From Heterodontus francisci (lineage: Eukaryota), in NCBI RefSeq assembly GCF_036365525.1, contig NC_090413.1:24660601-24724600 (forward strand): a stretch of 64,000 nt of DNA, read 5' to 3'. Made by a program: the position numbers and the translations under genes. The notes under the pieces are model-generated. The model did not search any database. It was not told where the DNA came from and was given only the letters and a program-made list of their open reading frames with translations. The stretch's first letter is position 1. Every line of letters starts with the position of its first letter. Below are positions 25,248 through 38,304 of this stretch, one piece after another.

Positions 25248-25741
25248 GTAAGTGGTCTTCGGGATTTGGGAATGCCAACTTTAGTGGGTGTCAGTGCAGT
25301 TGGGAGGCTTTCTCCCCCTCCCCACTGGTCCTGGAGGCCTCCACCTGGCCCCAATATTTTGGGGGTTAAGGTGTTTCCCTTGTCCTAATGTTGGTGAAAA
25401 TTTCCCCGATAAGTTCTGGGGCTATTTTGAGGGTTGATTAACTCTCCATTGTCTGAGTCACTAATTATATGGCAATGATGAGGAGTGGGGAGACAGGAAC
25501 AGCCATCCTGGGCGATGATGCCACTCCTTTCCCCACATTAATCAAGTAGCAAATATGTCATGTCACCTGTATCTGCAGTGTCCTACTCTGCAGTTGTAAT
25601 CAGGACTTTGAAGACAATATTTACGCAGCTATGTATATAGCATATAGTAACTGATGCTCAGTCAATTGTTAATTTTCAATCTGAGAACGATAGATTGTTA
25701 ACCAAAGGTATTGAGAGGCAAGATATATGGAGTTTGGTTGC

Positions 25742-26087
25742 CATGATAGAGTCTTAGAGAGATACAGTACTGAAACAGGCCCTTCGGCCCACCGAGTCTG
25801 TGCTGACCATCAACCACCCATTTATACTAATCCTACATTAATCCCATATTTCCTACCACATCCCCACCTTCCCTCAATTCTCCTGCCACCTACCTGCACT
25901 AGGGGCAATTTACAATGGCCAATTTACCTATCAACCTGCAAGTCTTTGGCTGTGGGAGGAAACTGGAGCACCCGGCGGAAACCCATGCGGTCACATGGAG
26001 AACTTGCAAACTCCGCACAGGCAGTACCCAGAACTGAACCCGGGTCGCTGGAGCTGTGAGGCTGCGGTGCTAGCCACTGTGCTGCCC
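25742..26087 (-). mobile_element. HE1-like V-SINE
   Basis: Closely similar to 5346-5693; inserted in a CR1 3' UTR remnant. Confidence 0.85.
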
Positions 26088-26229
26088 TCTTATTGAATGG
26101 TGAGCAGGCTCAAGGGGTTAAAAGGTCTCCCCCTGTTCCTGTGTTCTAGCTGAGCAAATAATGCTGCATCACTTGCATGTCATTTGGTTCATTCTGACTC
26201 TTGGGGAAAACATTGTGAACCACCACGGC

Positions 26230-26816
26230 TTACATTTATATACCTCCTTTAATGTTAGCACAATGTCCCTACGGTCGTGATTGTGAAACAAAATTTGATA
26301 CTGAGCCATATAATGTTAGGACAGGTGACCAAAAACTCAGTCAAATTCTAAGGAGCATCCTGAAGGTGGAAAGAGAGGTTCAGGGAGAGTTTAGGGCCCA
26401 GGCATCTGAAGGCACAGTTGTCAGTGGTGGACTGAAGGAAATCCCGGATACTCAGGCCAGAATTGGATGAGTGCAGATGTCTTGGAGGGTTGTGTGGCTG
26501 GAGGAGATTACTGAGATAGGGGAGGGTGAGGCTATGCAGAGATTTGCAAACAGGGAAGAGAATTTAAATATAAGGTGTTGCTTAACAGGGTGCCTGTGTA
26601 GGTCAGCGAGCACAGCGGAGATGTGTGAACAGGATTTGGTGCAAGTTAGGAAATGGATAGCAGAGTTTTGAATTACTTCAAGTTTGCAAAGGGTAGAGCT
26701 AGGAAGCCTGTATTGGAATAGTCAAGTCTCCAAGCAGTAAAGGCATGGGTGAGGGTTTCAGCAGCAGATAAGCTGAGGGCAGAACGGAGTGTGGCAAAGT
26801 TGTGGAGCTGGAAGTC
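26230..26816 (-). mobile_element. L2-like LINE remnant (continues at ~28044-28130 after the RTE insertion)
   Basis: Reverse complement of the L2 3' sequence seen at 17270 and 23790. Confidence 0.6.
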
Positions 26817-26828
26817 GGCAGTCTTAGT

Positions 26829-28031
26829 TTCTTTCTTTTGGGCCTCCTTATCTCGAGAGACAATGGATACGCGCCTGGAGGTGGTCAGTGGTTTGTGAAG
26901 CAGCGCCTGGAGTGGCTATAAAGGCCAATTCTGGAGTAACAGGCTCTTCCACAGGTGCTGCAGAGAAATTTGTTTGTTGGGGCTGTTGCACAGTTGGCTC
27001 TCCCCTTGCGCCTCTGTCTTTTTTCCTGCCAACTACTAAGTCTCTTCGACTCGCCACAATATAGCCCTGTCTTTATGGCTGCCCGCCAGCTCTGGCGAAT
27101 GCTGGCAACTGACTCCCACGACTTGTGATCAATGTCACACGATTTCATGTCGCGTTTGCAGACGTCTTTATAACGGAGACATGGACGGCCGGTGGGTCTG
27201 ATACCAGTGGCGAGCTCGCTGTACAATGTGTCTTTGGGGATCCTGCCATCTTCCATGCGGCTCACATGGCCAAGCCATCTCAAGCGCCGCTGACTCAGTA
27301 GTGTGTATAAGCTGGGGATGTTGGCCGCTTCAAGGACTTCTGTGTTGGAGATATAGTCCTGCCACCTGATGCCAAGTATTCTCCGAAGGCAGCGAAGATG
27401 GAATGAATTGAGACGTCGCTCTTGGCTGGCATACGTTGTCCAGGCCTCGCTGCCGTAGAGCAAGGTACTGAGGACACAGGCCTGATACACTCGGACTTTT
27501 GTGTTCCGTGTCAGTGCGCCATTTTCCCACACTCTCTTGGCCAGTCTGAACATAGCAGTGGAAGCCTTACCCATGCGCTTGTTGATTTCTGCATCTAGGG
27601 ACAGGTTACTGGTGATAGTTGAGCCTAGGTAGGTGAACTCTTGAACCACTTCCAGAGCGTGGTCGCCAATATTGATGGATGGAGCATTTCTGACATCCTG
27701 CCCCATGATGTTCGTTTTCTTGAGGCTGATGGTTAGGCCAAATTCATTGCAGGCAGACGCAAACCTGTCGATGAGACTCTGCAGGCATTCTTCAGTGTGA
27801 GATGTTAAAGCAGCATCGTCAGCAAAGAGGAGTTCTCTGATGAGGACTTTCCGTACTTTGGACTTCGCTCTTAGACGGGCAAGGTTGAACAACCTGCCCC
27901 CTGATCTTGTGTGGAGGAAAATTCCTTCTTCAGAGGATTTGAACGCATGTGAGAGCAGCAGGGAGAAGAAAATCCCAAAAAGTGTGGGTGCGAGAACACA
28001 GCCCTGTTTCACACCACTCAGGATAGGAAAG
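26829..28031 (-). mobile_element. RTE-clade LINE, 5' truncated, open RT C-terminal frame with C2H2-like finger, 12-bp TSD
   Basis: GVKQGCVLAPTLF, LLFADD, FTYLGS, RRLRWLGHV, CSTCGR...GLYSHSRRC; short 3' UTR ending in A-rich (GAAA) tail; GGCAGTCTTAGT duplicated at 26817-26828 and 28032-28043. Confidence 0.92.
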
Positions 28032-28509
28032 GGCAGTCTTAGTAATGGTGTGGATAAGGGTAGGAAGTTTATCTTGGGGTCAAGTATAATGCCAAAGTTA
28101 CATGCAGTCTGGTTCATCCTCAGACATTTGCAACTTGTCATCAGTACTGTTATTCAATTAGGCAAAAACTAAAGCCAGAAAGTAAGCTTCCTTTGGTTGT
28201 AAAGTGTACTGATGACACAATGTAGTGAGGTCATCCCAGGCCCTCTTCTTGTGAAGTGTGTGTGCCTTTTTGTCATGTTTGTATGACCAAAACAGTGCTG
28301 ATTTGTTGTTGGGTAGAGTTTCACTGGTACCCCACGAGTTGTACACCACCGTGCCAATGTTTCATTGTCACATGCTTCCCAAACAAACTGCAAGTGCCAA
28401 TAGGAATAAAAATGGAAAATGCTAGAAATACTCGGTTCTGATGAGTCATAGACCTGAAATGTCAACTCTGTCTCTCTCCACAGATGCTGCCAGATCTGCT
28501 GAGAATTTT

Positions 28510-31205
28510 TAAAAATTCTTTCATGGGATGTGGGTGTCGCTGGTTAGGCCAGCATTTATTGCCCATTTCTAATGGCCCTTGAGAAGGTGGTGGTGAGCTA
28601 CCTTCTTGAACCATTGCAGTCCATGTGGGATAGGTACATCAACAGTGCTGTTAGGAAGGGAGTTTGTAATATTTTGACTCGGCGACAGTGAAGGAACGGC
28701 GATATAGTTCCAAGTCAGAATGGTGTATGGCTTGGAGGGGAACTTGTAGGTGGTGGTGTTCCCATGCATCAGCTGCCCTTGTCCTTTTAGTTGGTAGAGG
28801 TCGTGGTTTTGGAAGGTACTGTCTATGGAGCCTTGGTGAGTTGCTGCAGTATATCTTGTAGATGGTATACAGTGCTGCCACTGAGAGTCACTGGTGGAGG
28901 GAATGAATGTTGAAGGTGGTAGGGTGCCAATCAAGCAGGCTGCTTTGTCCTGGATGTTGTGGAGCTTTTTGAGTGTTGTTGGAGCTGCACCCATCCAGGA
29001 AAGTGGAGAGTATTCCATCACTTTCCTGATTTGTGCCTTGTAGATGGTGGACAGGCTTTGGGGAGTCAGGAAGTGAGTTACTCGCTGCAGAATTCCCAGC
29101 CTCTGACCTTCTCTTGTAGCCACAGTACTTATATGGCTGGTCCAGTTCATTTCTAGTCAATGGTAACCCCCAGGTTGTGGATAGTCAGGAATTCAGCGAT
29201 GGCAATGCCATTGAATGTCAAGGGGAGATAGTTGGAATCTCTTTTATTTGAGATGGTCATTGCCTGGCACTTGTGTGGCACAAATGTAACTTGCCACGTA
29301 TCAGCCCAAGCCTGAATGTTGTTTAGGTCTTGCTGCATATGGACATGGACTGCTTCAGTATCTGAGGAGTAGCGAATGGTGCTGAACATTGTGCAATCAT
29401 CAACGAATGTCCCCACTTCTGACCTTATGATGGAGGGACGGTGTCATGCAGGCTCCCGCCTGCAAAGAATGAGGAGTATTATTTTTGTAATTTGAACATT
29501 GATTTTAAACTGTTGCTGGGAAGAAGAGAAGGCCTGTTACAAGGGCTGCCAGACACTGAGCTGAAAAACATTTGCATACTAACAGACAGTGTTTGTGGAG
29601 ACAAAGGACATGACACATACAACCCACAATGGATTTTGATCACTAGACATTGAAGGTGCGAGGAAGAGCATTTCAGAGACTGCTAAGGTGATACAATCCA
29701 CAAAAGCCAGGAATGGTTAAACCAGCTGGTCAAATGACTAACTGGCTGGTCCAGGGTTTTTGAACTCAGACTGCTCCTGGAGTGAGAAGACCTCTTCTGT
29801 CTGCTCCCATCTCTTTCTCACAAGCCTCTGGACCCACTGACGACACATGAACTTCAAGAGAGAAAAGTCTCCTACATCGAACAAGGTTTAAGAAGAATAC
29901 TGGGCCCCAACGAAAAGCAAGACCTACCTACAATCAAGAACTTTACAGTGAGCTCGAAGAACAGTAACCAAAACCATCTTCAGATATTACCTCAAACTTT
30001 TCCACTTTATTTTCTGTCTCTATCTGCATGTATGTATTGCGTATACATGCTAGCGTGGGCATGTCTCATATCCATAGGCATTAACCGAATTAGAGTTTAA
30101 GAAAGTTCAGCTTTTTTTCTTTAAACCTAAGAAAGCCTGTTTAGCTAGTTTCTTTGCTTATAATTGGAAGTTAGTGAACAAGGATTCAATAAGGGAGAGC
30201 TAAAAAACAGTGTGTTTAAAATTAAACCCTGCTACAGTAAGACCAGGTGAAGTCTGTGAGGGAACCCTAGACCCCTTTCTCACCTGGTTGTAACAGAAGG
30301 TCATTGATGAAGCAGCTGAAGATGGTTGGGCCTGGGACACGACCCTGAGGAACTCCTGCAGTGATGCCCTGGGACTGAGATGATTGACCCCCAACAATCA
30401 CAACCATCTTCCTTTGTGCTAGGTATGATTCCAGTCAGTGGAGAGTTTTCCCCCGATTCCCGTTGACTCTAGTTTTGCTAGGGCTCCTTGATGCCATACT
30501 CAGTCAGATGCTGCCTTGATGTCGAGGGCTCTCTCCTCACCTCTGGAGTTCAGCTCTTTTGTCTACGTTTGGACCAAGGCTGCAATGATTTCAGGAGTTG
30601 AGTGGCCCTGGCAGAATCCAAACTGAGCGTCAGTGAGCAGGTTATTGCTAAGCAAGTGCTGCTTGATAGCATAGTTGACGACACCTTCCATCACTTTGCT
30701 AATGATCGAGAGTAGACTGATTGGGGCGGGGCGGGGGGGGGTAATTGGTCGTGTTTGATTTGTCCTGCTCTTTGTGTATAGGACATACCTGGGTAATTTT
30801 CCGTATTGTCAGGTAGATGCCAGTGTTGTAGCTGCACTGGAACAGCTTGGCTAGGGGCACAGCCATTTCCAGAGCCCAATCTTTGGTACTACTGTCAGAG
30901 TCCATAGTCTTTGTAGTACCCAATGGCCTTCAGCCATTTCTTGATGTGTGCTGTGAATCGAATTGGCTGAAGACTGGCATCTGTGATGCTGGGACCTCAG
31001 GAGGAGACTGAGATAGATCATCCACTTGGCACTTCTGGTTGAAGATGGTTGCAAATGTCTCAGCCTTGTCTTTTGCACTGATGTGCTGAGCTCCCCCATT
31101 GTTGGGGGTGGGGATACTTGTGGAGCCGCCTCCTCCTGTTAGTTGTTTAATTGTCCACCACCATTCATGACTGGATGTGACAGGACTGCAGAGCTTAGAT
31201 CTGTT
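28510..31205 (-). mobile_element. CR1/L2-group LINE fragment (RT region, many disablements) split by a solo-LTR-like insertion
   Basis: FVDDCTMFSTI, QQDLNNIQAWAD, EYSPLSWMGAAPTTLKK, KLCSPVTSSHEWWWTIK in broken frames. Confidence 0.85.
29442..30295 (+). mobile_element. Solo-LTR-like element (854 bp)
   Basis: TGTCA...TAACA termini, flanking 5-mers GACGG/GAAGG, interrupts a colinear LINE; ATTAAA near 3' end. Confidence 0.7.
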
Positions 31206-33209
31206 ATGTTCCAGCATTTCGGTTTTTATTTCAGATTTCCAGCATCTGCAGTATTTTGCTTTTGTATAAGTGCCAATAGGACTGAGAGAACTATGTGAGT
31301 TTAAAAACCTGCTAGACCTCATGTTCACCAATCTACCTGAGAGATTTATCTGTCCATGACCGTATTGGTGAGAGTGACCACCGCACAATTTGTGTTACAC
31401 AGTGAGATATGGAATAATTAATAGTGTACCTGGTATTAAATTACAAATTTTAAATTATTGGATAAGGTGCTGGTTCCCCCCCCCTCAGTTTTTTTGGCGG
31501 CTTCTGATACTAGGGTGCCTTTCCAGCGAGGAAGAGGAGGGGCCTGGGAGCTCTTCACTACCTTGCTGAAAATGCCAATTCATTCATCCTAAACTTGAGT
31601 GATGGCAGGCTATTTTAATGCAGGAGAGCTCATGTTGTCCTCGCCTAACATTGGGCACAAACTAATTCTGACTGAAGTGGGAATCCATCAGCCCAGCCTG
31701 CTGAAGGCAATGAGTGACACCTTTCTGCCAAATGCCCTTTTATGCTTTCCTGGCCGGCCCCCCCTACGTAAACTTGATCTCATCCATAATTCTTCTGCCC
31801 GTATCCTAGCTGACACCCAATCCCATTCACCTCTCATGCCCTGTGCTCACAGACCTACAGTGGCGCCTGGTTTGGCAATGCTTCAATTTAAAAATTCTGA
31901 TCCTGGTTTTCAAATCCCTCCATTACCTCATTCCCTCCCTATCTATGTAACCTCCTTTCTCTCTACAGCCCTCTGTGAACTCTGCACTCCTCCAATTGTG
32001 TCCTCTTGAGAATCGCCAATTTTCATCGCTTCACCTTTAGTGGCCGTGTCTTTCTGTCCAGGCCCTAACTCTGCAATTCTCTTCCTAAACCTCTTCGCCT
32101 CTCCACCTTTCCTTGTTTAAGATGCTCCTTGAAACTTGTCAGTGGAGATTTCCGCGAATCTGGCATCTGATGCAATGCCGCACCCTGTACAGGGGATCTG
32201 TGGTGACTGAGCAGGGCAATGAGGCTCTTTATCCAATCAGGTTGGAAGATCCTCACTGAGACACGGAGTCCAAACCAGGGAGTATAAAGCAGGAAATAAA
32301 AGTTAGATTTAAATCATGTACAGAAAGGGAACTGCAGATGGGATTAAGGGACAGAGATAGAAGAAACAGACAGCAAAATGTAAAGTTGTTGTAATATTTA
32401 AAAAAAAAATCTCCAGCATTCATTTTCTTCTGAGAGAACCAAACATCGCAATTGTACAATGAATTCTCCAGGGCCAGAGAGGTTGTTCTGCAGTCATCAC
32501 TTAATATGCCACTGAAACCTGTCTTATTTCTGAATGCAATAGCTCTAACTTTTTTTTCAGCCATTTTTAGCACCGAACTAATGGGTAAGTACCCAAGTTC
32601 ACATCATTTCAGTCATTTCAATGCCATGTCTACCAGTGAGGACTGCAACAGTGCACCCTGTGGAGGAGCAAGAGTATCTCTGATAGCAAATTCTGGATTT
32701 CTGTGTTTATCTGCACACATGCAAACACCAGAAGTTTCTGTCACGTTTCTCCTGCTGAGGGACCCACCGTTAATAGTACAGCAAAATCCAGAACTTCCTG
32801 ATATGGTTAGAGAATGTGTTTGGTAGTACTCCTGTGGAACACCCTAGGATGTTTTACAGGATTAAGGGTGCTATATAAATGCATATTGTCATTTGTCCTA
32901 GACACAATTCCAATCTTAGCTTTTGTTCAAACACTTCTTTCGTCGTGATATGGTAAGCCCAGTGTAAGGTTAATGCGACCTTTCGAGAAAACTATTTATG
33001 TTCATTTATTTCCACACTGTAAAATTCTGTGTAGTACAGTGAAGGTTTTCAAACTTTCCTGTGTGTGGATTTCTTGCAAATATTGCCATGCTTCTGGGAA
33101 CCCTCAGTCCTAACTTCTGAAAGACAATGTCTTCTGGCCATGAGAAAGTTATGCTATCTTAATAGAAGAAATGTATAATCAGTTAGCTGCAATAGAAGTA
33201 ATGCACTGA

Positions 33210-33590
33210 TAAGAACATAAGAAATAGGAACTGGAGTAGGCCATACTGCCCCATGAGTCTGCTCAACCATTCAATAAGATCATGGCTGATCATCTACCTC
33301 AACTCTACGTTCCTGCCCTATCCCCATAATCTCTTGATTCCCTTAGTATCCAAAAATCTTCACTCTTCGTCTTGAACATGCTCAACAACTCAGCAACCAC
33401 AGCCCTCTAGGATAAAATTGCAAAGGTTTACAACCCGCTAAGTGAGGAAATTTCTCCTCATCTCAGTCCTAAATGGCCGACCCCTTATCCTGAGACTATG
33501 CCCCCTAGTTCTGTACTCTCCAGCTAGGGGCATCAGCTCTGTCAAGCCCCTTAAGAATTTTATACATTTTAATGAGATCACCTCTCATTC
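33210..33590 (-). mobile_element. Old CR1 3' end
   Basis: AAGAACATAAGAAATAGGA tail and CR1 3' UTR/coding end in reverse. Confidence 0.75.
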
Positions 33591-33694
33591 CTGAAGAGGT
33601 CGATCCAGGTCTGGGCACTTGTGGAAATGACTTTGTGAATTTCTTGGTTCTCTTGCAGATTGACCCCTTGGGTAAGGGATCACAGTTTTGAAAA

Positions 33695-34146
33695 GGGGAG
33701 GCGGTGGCGTAGTGGTATTGTCACTGGACTAGTAACCCAGAGACCCAGGGTATTGCTCTGGGGACATGGGTTCAAATCCCACCACAGTAGAAGGTGGAAT
33801 TTGAATTCAATTAATACATCTGGAATTAAAAAGCTATCGATTGTTGTAAAAACCCATCTGATTCACTAATGTCCTTTAGGGAAGGAAATCTGCTGTCCTT
33901 ACCTGGTCTGGCCTACATGTGACTGCAGACCCACAGCAATGTGGCTGACTCTTACATGCCCTCTGAAATCGCCTAGCAAGGCACTCCGTTGTATCTAACC
34001 ACTAGCACTGTGGGTGTACCTACCCCACATAAACAGTGGTTCAAGAAGGCAGCTCATCACCACCTTCTCAAGGGCAATTAGGGATGGGCAATAACTGCTG
34101 GCCTGGCCAGCGATGCCCACATCCCATGAATTAATTAAAAAAAAAA
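33695..34146 (+). mobile_element. tRNA-derived SINE with LINE-derived 3' tail
   Basis: A box TGGCGTAGTGG, B box GGTTCAAATCC, 3' ~140 nt match the LINE 3' end at 755-890, A-rich tail. Confidence 0.75.
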
Positions 34147-34209
34147 TGCTATGAGGTGTAGTGAGGCATGTCTCTTTGGATTAACCACATTTTCACTTTT
34201 TTGTTTTAG

Positions 34210-34326
34210 GGTGACACGCGATCAAGAATTCACTTGAATACTTTTGGCTTCTACACCAATGGGACTTTGGAAGTCAACCTTACAAGTCTTCAGTTAAGAA
34301 AAGATATTGACAGGGATAAGATTACA
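34210..34326 (+). CDS. GPR108: GPR108 exon 2 (GDTRSRIHLNTFGFYTNGTLEVNLTSLQLRKDIDRDKIT)
   Basis: ttttag acceptor, gtgagt donor, 117 nt; conserved LNTFGF motif. Confidence 0.92.
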
Positions 34327-35239
34327 GTGAGTGGTGTTTGAGTGAAATGCAATATAGCTTAGGAACTTAATTCAATGCTGTGCCACAATCATGATCTTAC
34401 AGTACCTGCAAAGTCTTTTTTCCTCTCCCCAATCTTTCCTCTACTGAAGAACAGTGCTTGTAGACAGTTCGACAAATGCTCTAACTTGGTTCGGCTCCTT
34501 CAGGAGGAAGAAAATTATGCTTTAGTACTTTGCCCCAAGTATCCATTTCTTATTCATAGCCATACTAGTTCTTTCAACTGGGACGGGGTATTGGAACTGA
34601 GCCTGATTCTGTTATATCTACATATGTGCACCGTGGCGGGGTTTGAGGGGGGGCAGTCACTGAACAATTGAGGTTGGAAGTATAACTTCATACTTCATTA
34701 GTTGTAGAACTCCGATGGAAACCAACTGGTTCAGAACAGACTGGAGGCTAGATCCAGGAACTTCTGATCTGCATAGCTCAGGACAGTAACTGAGAGTATA
34801 CTTACCCTTAGGAGCAATCAGCGGGACCCCCTGTTGCATTTCATACTTTTAAAACTGTTGAATTGAGATGGCCTGGGAACAGGAATCTTGTCATAGAATC
34901 ATAGAGCTATACAGCACAGAAACAGGCCCTTTGGCCCACCGTGTCTGTGCCGGCCACCAAGCACCTATCTATTCTAATCCCATTTTCCAGCACTTGGCTC
35001 GTAGCCTCGTATGCTATGGTGTCACCTATTCTTACCCTATGGAGCACTGTAAGCCAAGTGTAAAGAGTTACAGTATGAAGTACCAGTTTCAAGGGCAGTA
35101 CATAAAAGAATCTTTACCAACACAACAGCTGATGGAAAAGGGAAAACTGCAAATGCTTTAAATCTGAAATATAACCTGGAAATGGGGAATTGGCACCTGA
35201 AAGGGGGGGGGGGGGGACTTTGATTTTTACAGTTCCTTT

Positions 35240-35640
35240 CATGACTTAGATCTAGAGGTCCCAAAGTTCTTTACAGCCAATCAAGTACTTTTTGAAGTGT
35301 AGTCACTGTTGTAATGTAGGAAATGCATCAGCCATTTCGTGCAGAGCAAGCTCCCACCAACAGAAATGTGGTGGTGACCAAATAATCTGTTTTAGTGATG
35401 TTGGTTGAGGGATAAATATTGGCCTGGACACTGGGGAGAACTCCCCTTATCTTCAAAATAATGCTATAGGATCTTTTGCATCCACTTGAGAGGGCAAATG
35501 GGGCCTCGGTCTCATGTCTCATCCAAACGCCGACAACCTCCAGCAGAGCAGCACTCCCTCAGTACTGCACTGAGGTGTCAGCCTATACTTTTGCACTCCG
35601 GTCTCTGGAGTTGGACTTGAGCCCACAACCTTTTGACTCA
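35240..35640 (-). mobile_element. Deu-domain SINE (SacSINE1-like)
   Basis: Reverse complement of family consensus. Confidence 0.7.
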
Positions 35641-36326
35641 GGAAAGAAGATAGGTTAGCACTTTGCAATGACCTTCATCAAGCCTGCAGGTGTTTGAAGC
35701 TCCTGTGATAAGGCTAACATGGATAAGCAAGAACCTGCCGCAGAAGGGAAAGAGAGAGCAGAGGTCTGGCAATGCCAGGTAGCAGATTTTTTAAAAGCTG
35801 TAAAGATGTGTTCAGTACTTGAAAGTTTACAAGTTGTGCCAAGGTGAGGGGGGGGGGGTGGTTGGATGGTGCGTGGGCACTGGAGAGATTTAAAAGACCA
35901 CAGTGAGCCAGTCCTAACGCAAGGGTAAACAATAGAACATGTTGCAAGTGGGAGAATCAGGAAAATAGTGGCGACAGCTAGGCTTCTATCCCCCCTCCCC
36001 ACTAGATGACCTCTATTCTGTACTCAACAGGATCTCTCAGTAATGCTGTTTTAAATTGGTAGGGTGCAGGATTGGACCAGACCCTCACAGCTCTTTTGCT
36101 TCAGTGTGCTGCCTGTATGACATTATTGGACAATGCAAATGCGTGGATAGTTCTGAGGTATCAGGTGTGCTGTGGCTTTAGGAAAGGCATCAAGAATTTT
36201 CTAGTGGAAGTACTAGGCAAGATTTCCCATCCATTGACTAGATATACAGTAACTGTTTTTGACATCTGTTTTATTACTTTGCTAATGTGTGCTTTCTCAC
36301 TCTCTCTCCTTTCGCATATATATCAG

Positions 36327-36377
36327 ATGGGGTTTAGCCTTTCAAAAACGAAGACTGATGGTGTGGTTGCCTACACA
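36327..36377 (+). CDS. GPR108: GPR108 exon 3 (MGFSLSKTKTDGVVAYT)
   Basis: 51 nt, AG/GT flanks, conserved GFSL. Confidence 0.9.
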
Positions 36378-36848
36378 GTGAGTATTATTAAAGAAGTCAC
36401 TATGTAGCTCCTTTTTATATGACATGAGCTGAGATTTAGATTTTGTGCTCAAATCTCCCAGTGCGACTTGAACCCACAGCCTTCTGATTCGGAAGGGTGA
36501 GTGCTACCACTGAACCATGGTTAAAGCCTTACCAAACTGGTGAAATGGTTAATACAAGCCTTCTAAACTCACTTGTTTGACTCTGTTTCTTGTTTCCCCT
36601 ATCCCGGCACCCATTTTTCCCCACTTTAAGGGCACTGTCTAAATTCAATTTGTCGCTTCTGTTGCTTTGTCCACTTTGCAGGCTGCTGTTCTTTCAGGTG
36701 GGACTCTCCAGCTTTGATGAAAGGTCCCATCTGAAATATAAACCTCCCTTTCAGATTCTGAAGACGTGCTGTGCAGTTATGATGGTAATTGAAAATCTTT
36801 TGCTATTTGCATTTCTGGCTCGAGTAACAAGATGTTCTTCTGACATAG

Positions 36849-36940
36849 GTAGATGACTCCGATAAATGTTTGCTGGACAAATACAATGTTTCCTTCGGGG
36901 AGTCCCTCACCCTCTTTATCTTTGATCTGAAGCAGAATAA
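36849..36940 (+). CDS. GPR108: GPR108 exon 4 (VDDSDKCLLDKYNVSFGESLTLFIFDLKQN)
   Basis: 92 nt, donor gtaagt, conserved lumenal Cys; phase fits neighbours. Confidence 0.82.
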
Positions 36941-38096
36941 GTAAGTATTTCCTGATGCTGAAAATTCTCTCTCTTCTGCGGGGATACTTCACTTGCTTTC
37001 TTGTAACTTTTGAATCAGTCGGGTGCTAAATTTGGCTTCCTGTGGAGAGAAGGTTTGTTCTTGAGGGCTTCCATCTTACAAACCTTAAGCCAACAAATGC
37101 TATGTTAGCTGCACTAGGAAATGCAAAGGCGCCAAATTGCCTTGTTTTGACAACACTGATTTGGAAACAGCTTAACAAAAGGATCTACATCTTAGTTTAA
37201 AACCAATGGGGCATTCCTGTATCTTTAAGCCTAATCTTAGTATGTGTGATATGATTTGACTGGGGGAGTGTGCGTTCTTAAACCTGCTGATCAGAAAGAA
37301 GCCTGAGGGGAAACACTGTTGTCCTTTTGAGGAAGGAAATGTAGTCCATAGATTGTGTTAGCTGACGTCACTAAGCTCTGTGCTTTTATTTCAGCAGTGG
37401 TTACCTATGTGGGTTTAGAGAAGCCATAAGAATGTCTTTCTTTTCCTCCTCAGCCACACTGATTGCTAGAACCTCAGAGACTCAACATTGTCACAATCCG
37501 CCCACTAGCCCTTCTTCATGCTTTAAAATCCTGTATCTGAGGTTTATTAACTTGCGTGGCCTCGCGGTTAATCCTGGTGAATCTGGTTGTGGCGGCGATT
37601 GAGCTGCTATTTAATGTGGTTCACCTAAATCTGGCAATGGATAGCAGGCCATTTGTGCAAGGGGTGTGCTCAAGCTTACGGCTTATGGAGCAGGAAATTG
37701 TCCCTGGGGAATGTGGGGCTGGGAGACCACAAAGGAAGGTGAGTGCAATGGTGTTGAAAGGCAGAAGCAAGGTAGATAAAGATGGGGAAAGGCAAGAGAG
37801 TAGAGTAGACATCATTTGAGCAAGCTCTAGCTATATAGATGCTAAGGAAGTGGAAAGTTAGCAAGATGTTAAACAGGACGAGTAAAAATTGTCAATCTAA
37901 GGGAATCCATCCTAAACCAGATGTAAAGCAGTGTGCAGAGTATAAGTAGAGGTATTGATAAAACAGAAAATCTTGAATAATAGTAACTCAAACATTGGCT
38001 ACAACTGAGCCATCTTTGGAAATGAAATATTCCTCAGTATAAGGAAAGAAAGGAAGGATTTAAATGGAGAAGAGGTCCAAACAGAATCCCTTTGGA

Positions 38097-38304
38097 TAAA
38101 AGCAAAATACTGCGGATGCTGGAAATCTGAAATAAAAACAAGAAATGCTGGAACCACTCAGCAGGTCTGGCAGCATCTGAGAAAAGAGAAGCAGAGTTAA
38201 CGTTTCGGGTCAGTGACCCTTCTTTGGAACGTTCCGAAGAAGGGTCACTGACCCGAAACGTTAACTCTGCTTCTCCTTTCACAGATGCTGCCAAACCTGC
38301 TGAG
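38097..38304. mobile_element. Short palindromic non-autonomous element (Penelope-like termini) with 14-bp TSD
   Basis: 74-bp arms (38157-38230 / 38231-38304) with 4 mismatches and no spacer; AGAATCCCTTTGGA at 38083-38096 and 38305-38318. Confidence 0.75.

Noticed and set aside
26885-28141. 418-aa ORF as a host gene
   Set aside because: RTE reverse transcriptase fragment; its N-terminal ~35 residues come from the flanking L2 remnant beyond the TSD.
38157-38304. CRISPR array, terminator or assembly fold-back artefact
   Set aside because: Eukaryotic context with no repeat-spacer periodicity; four arm mismatches and the flanking TSD argue for a real insertion.
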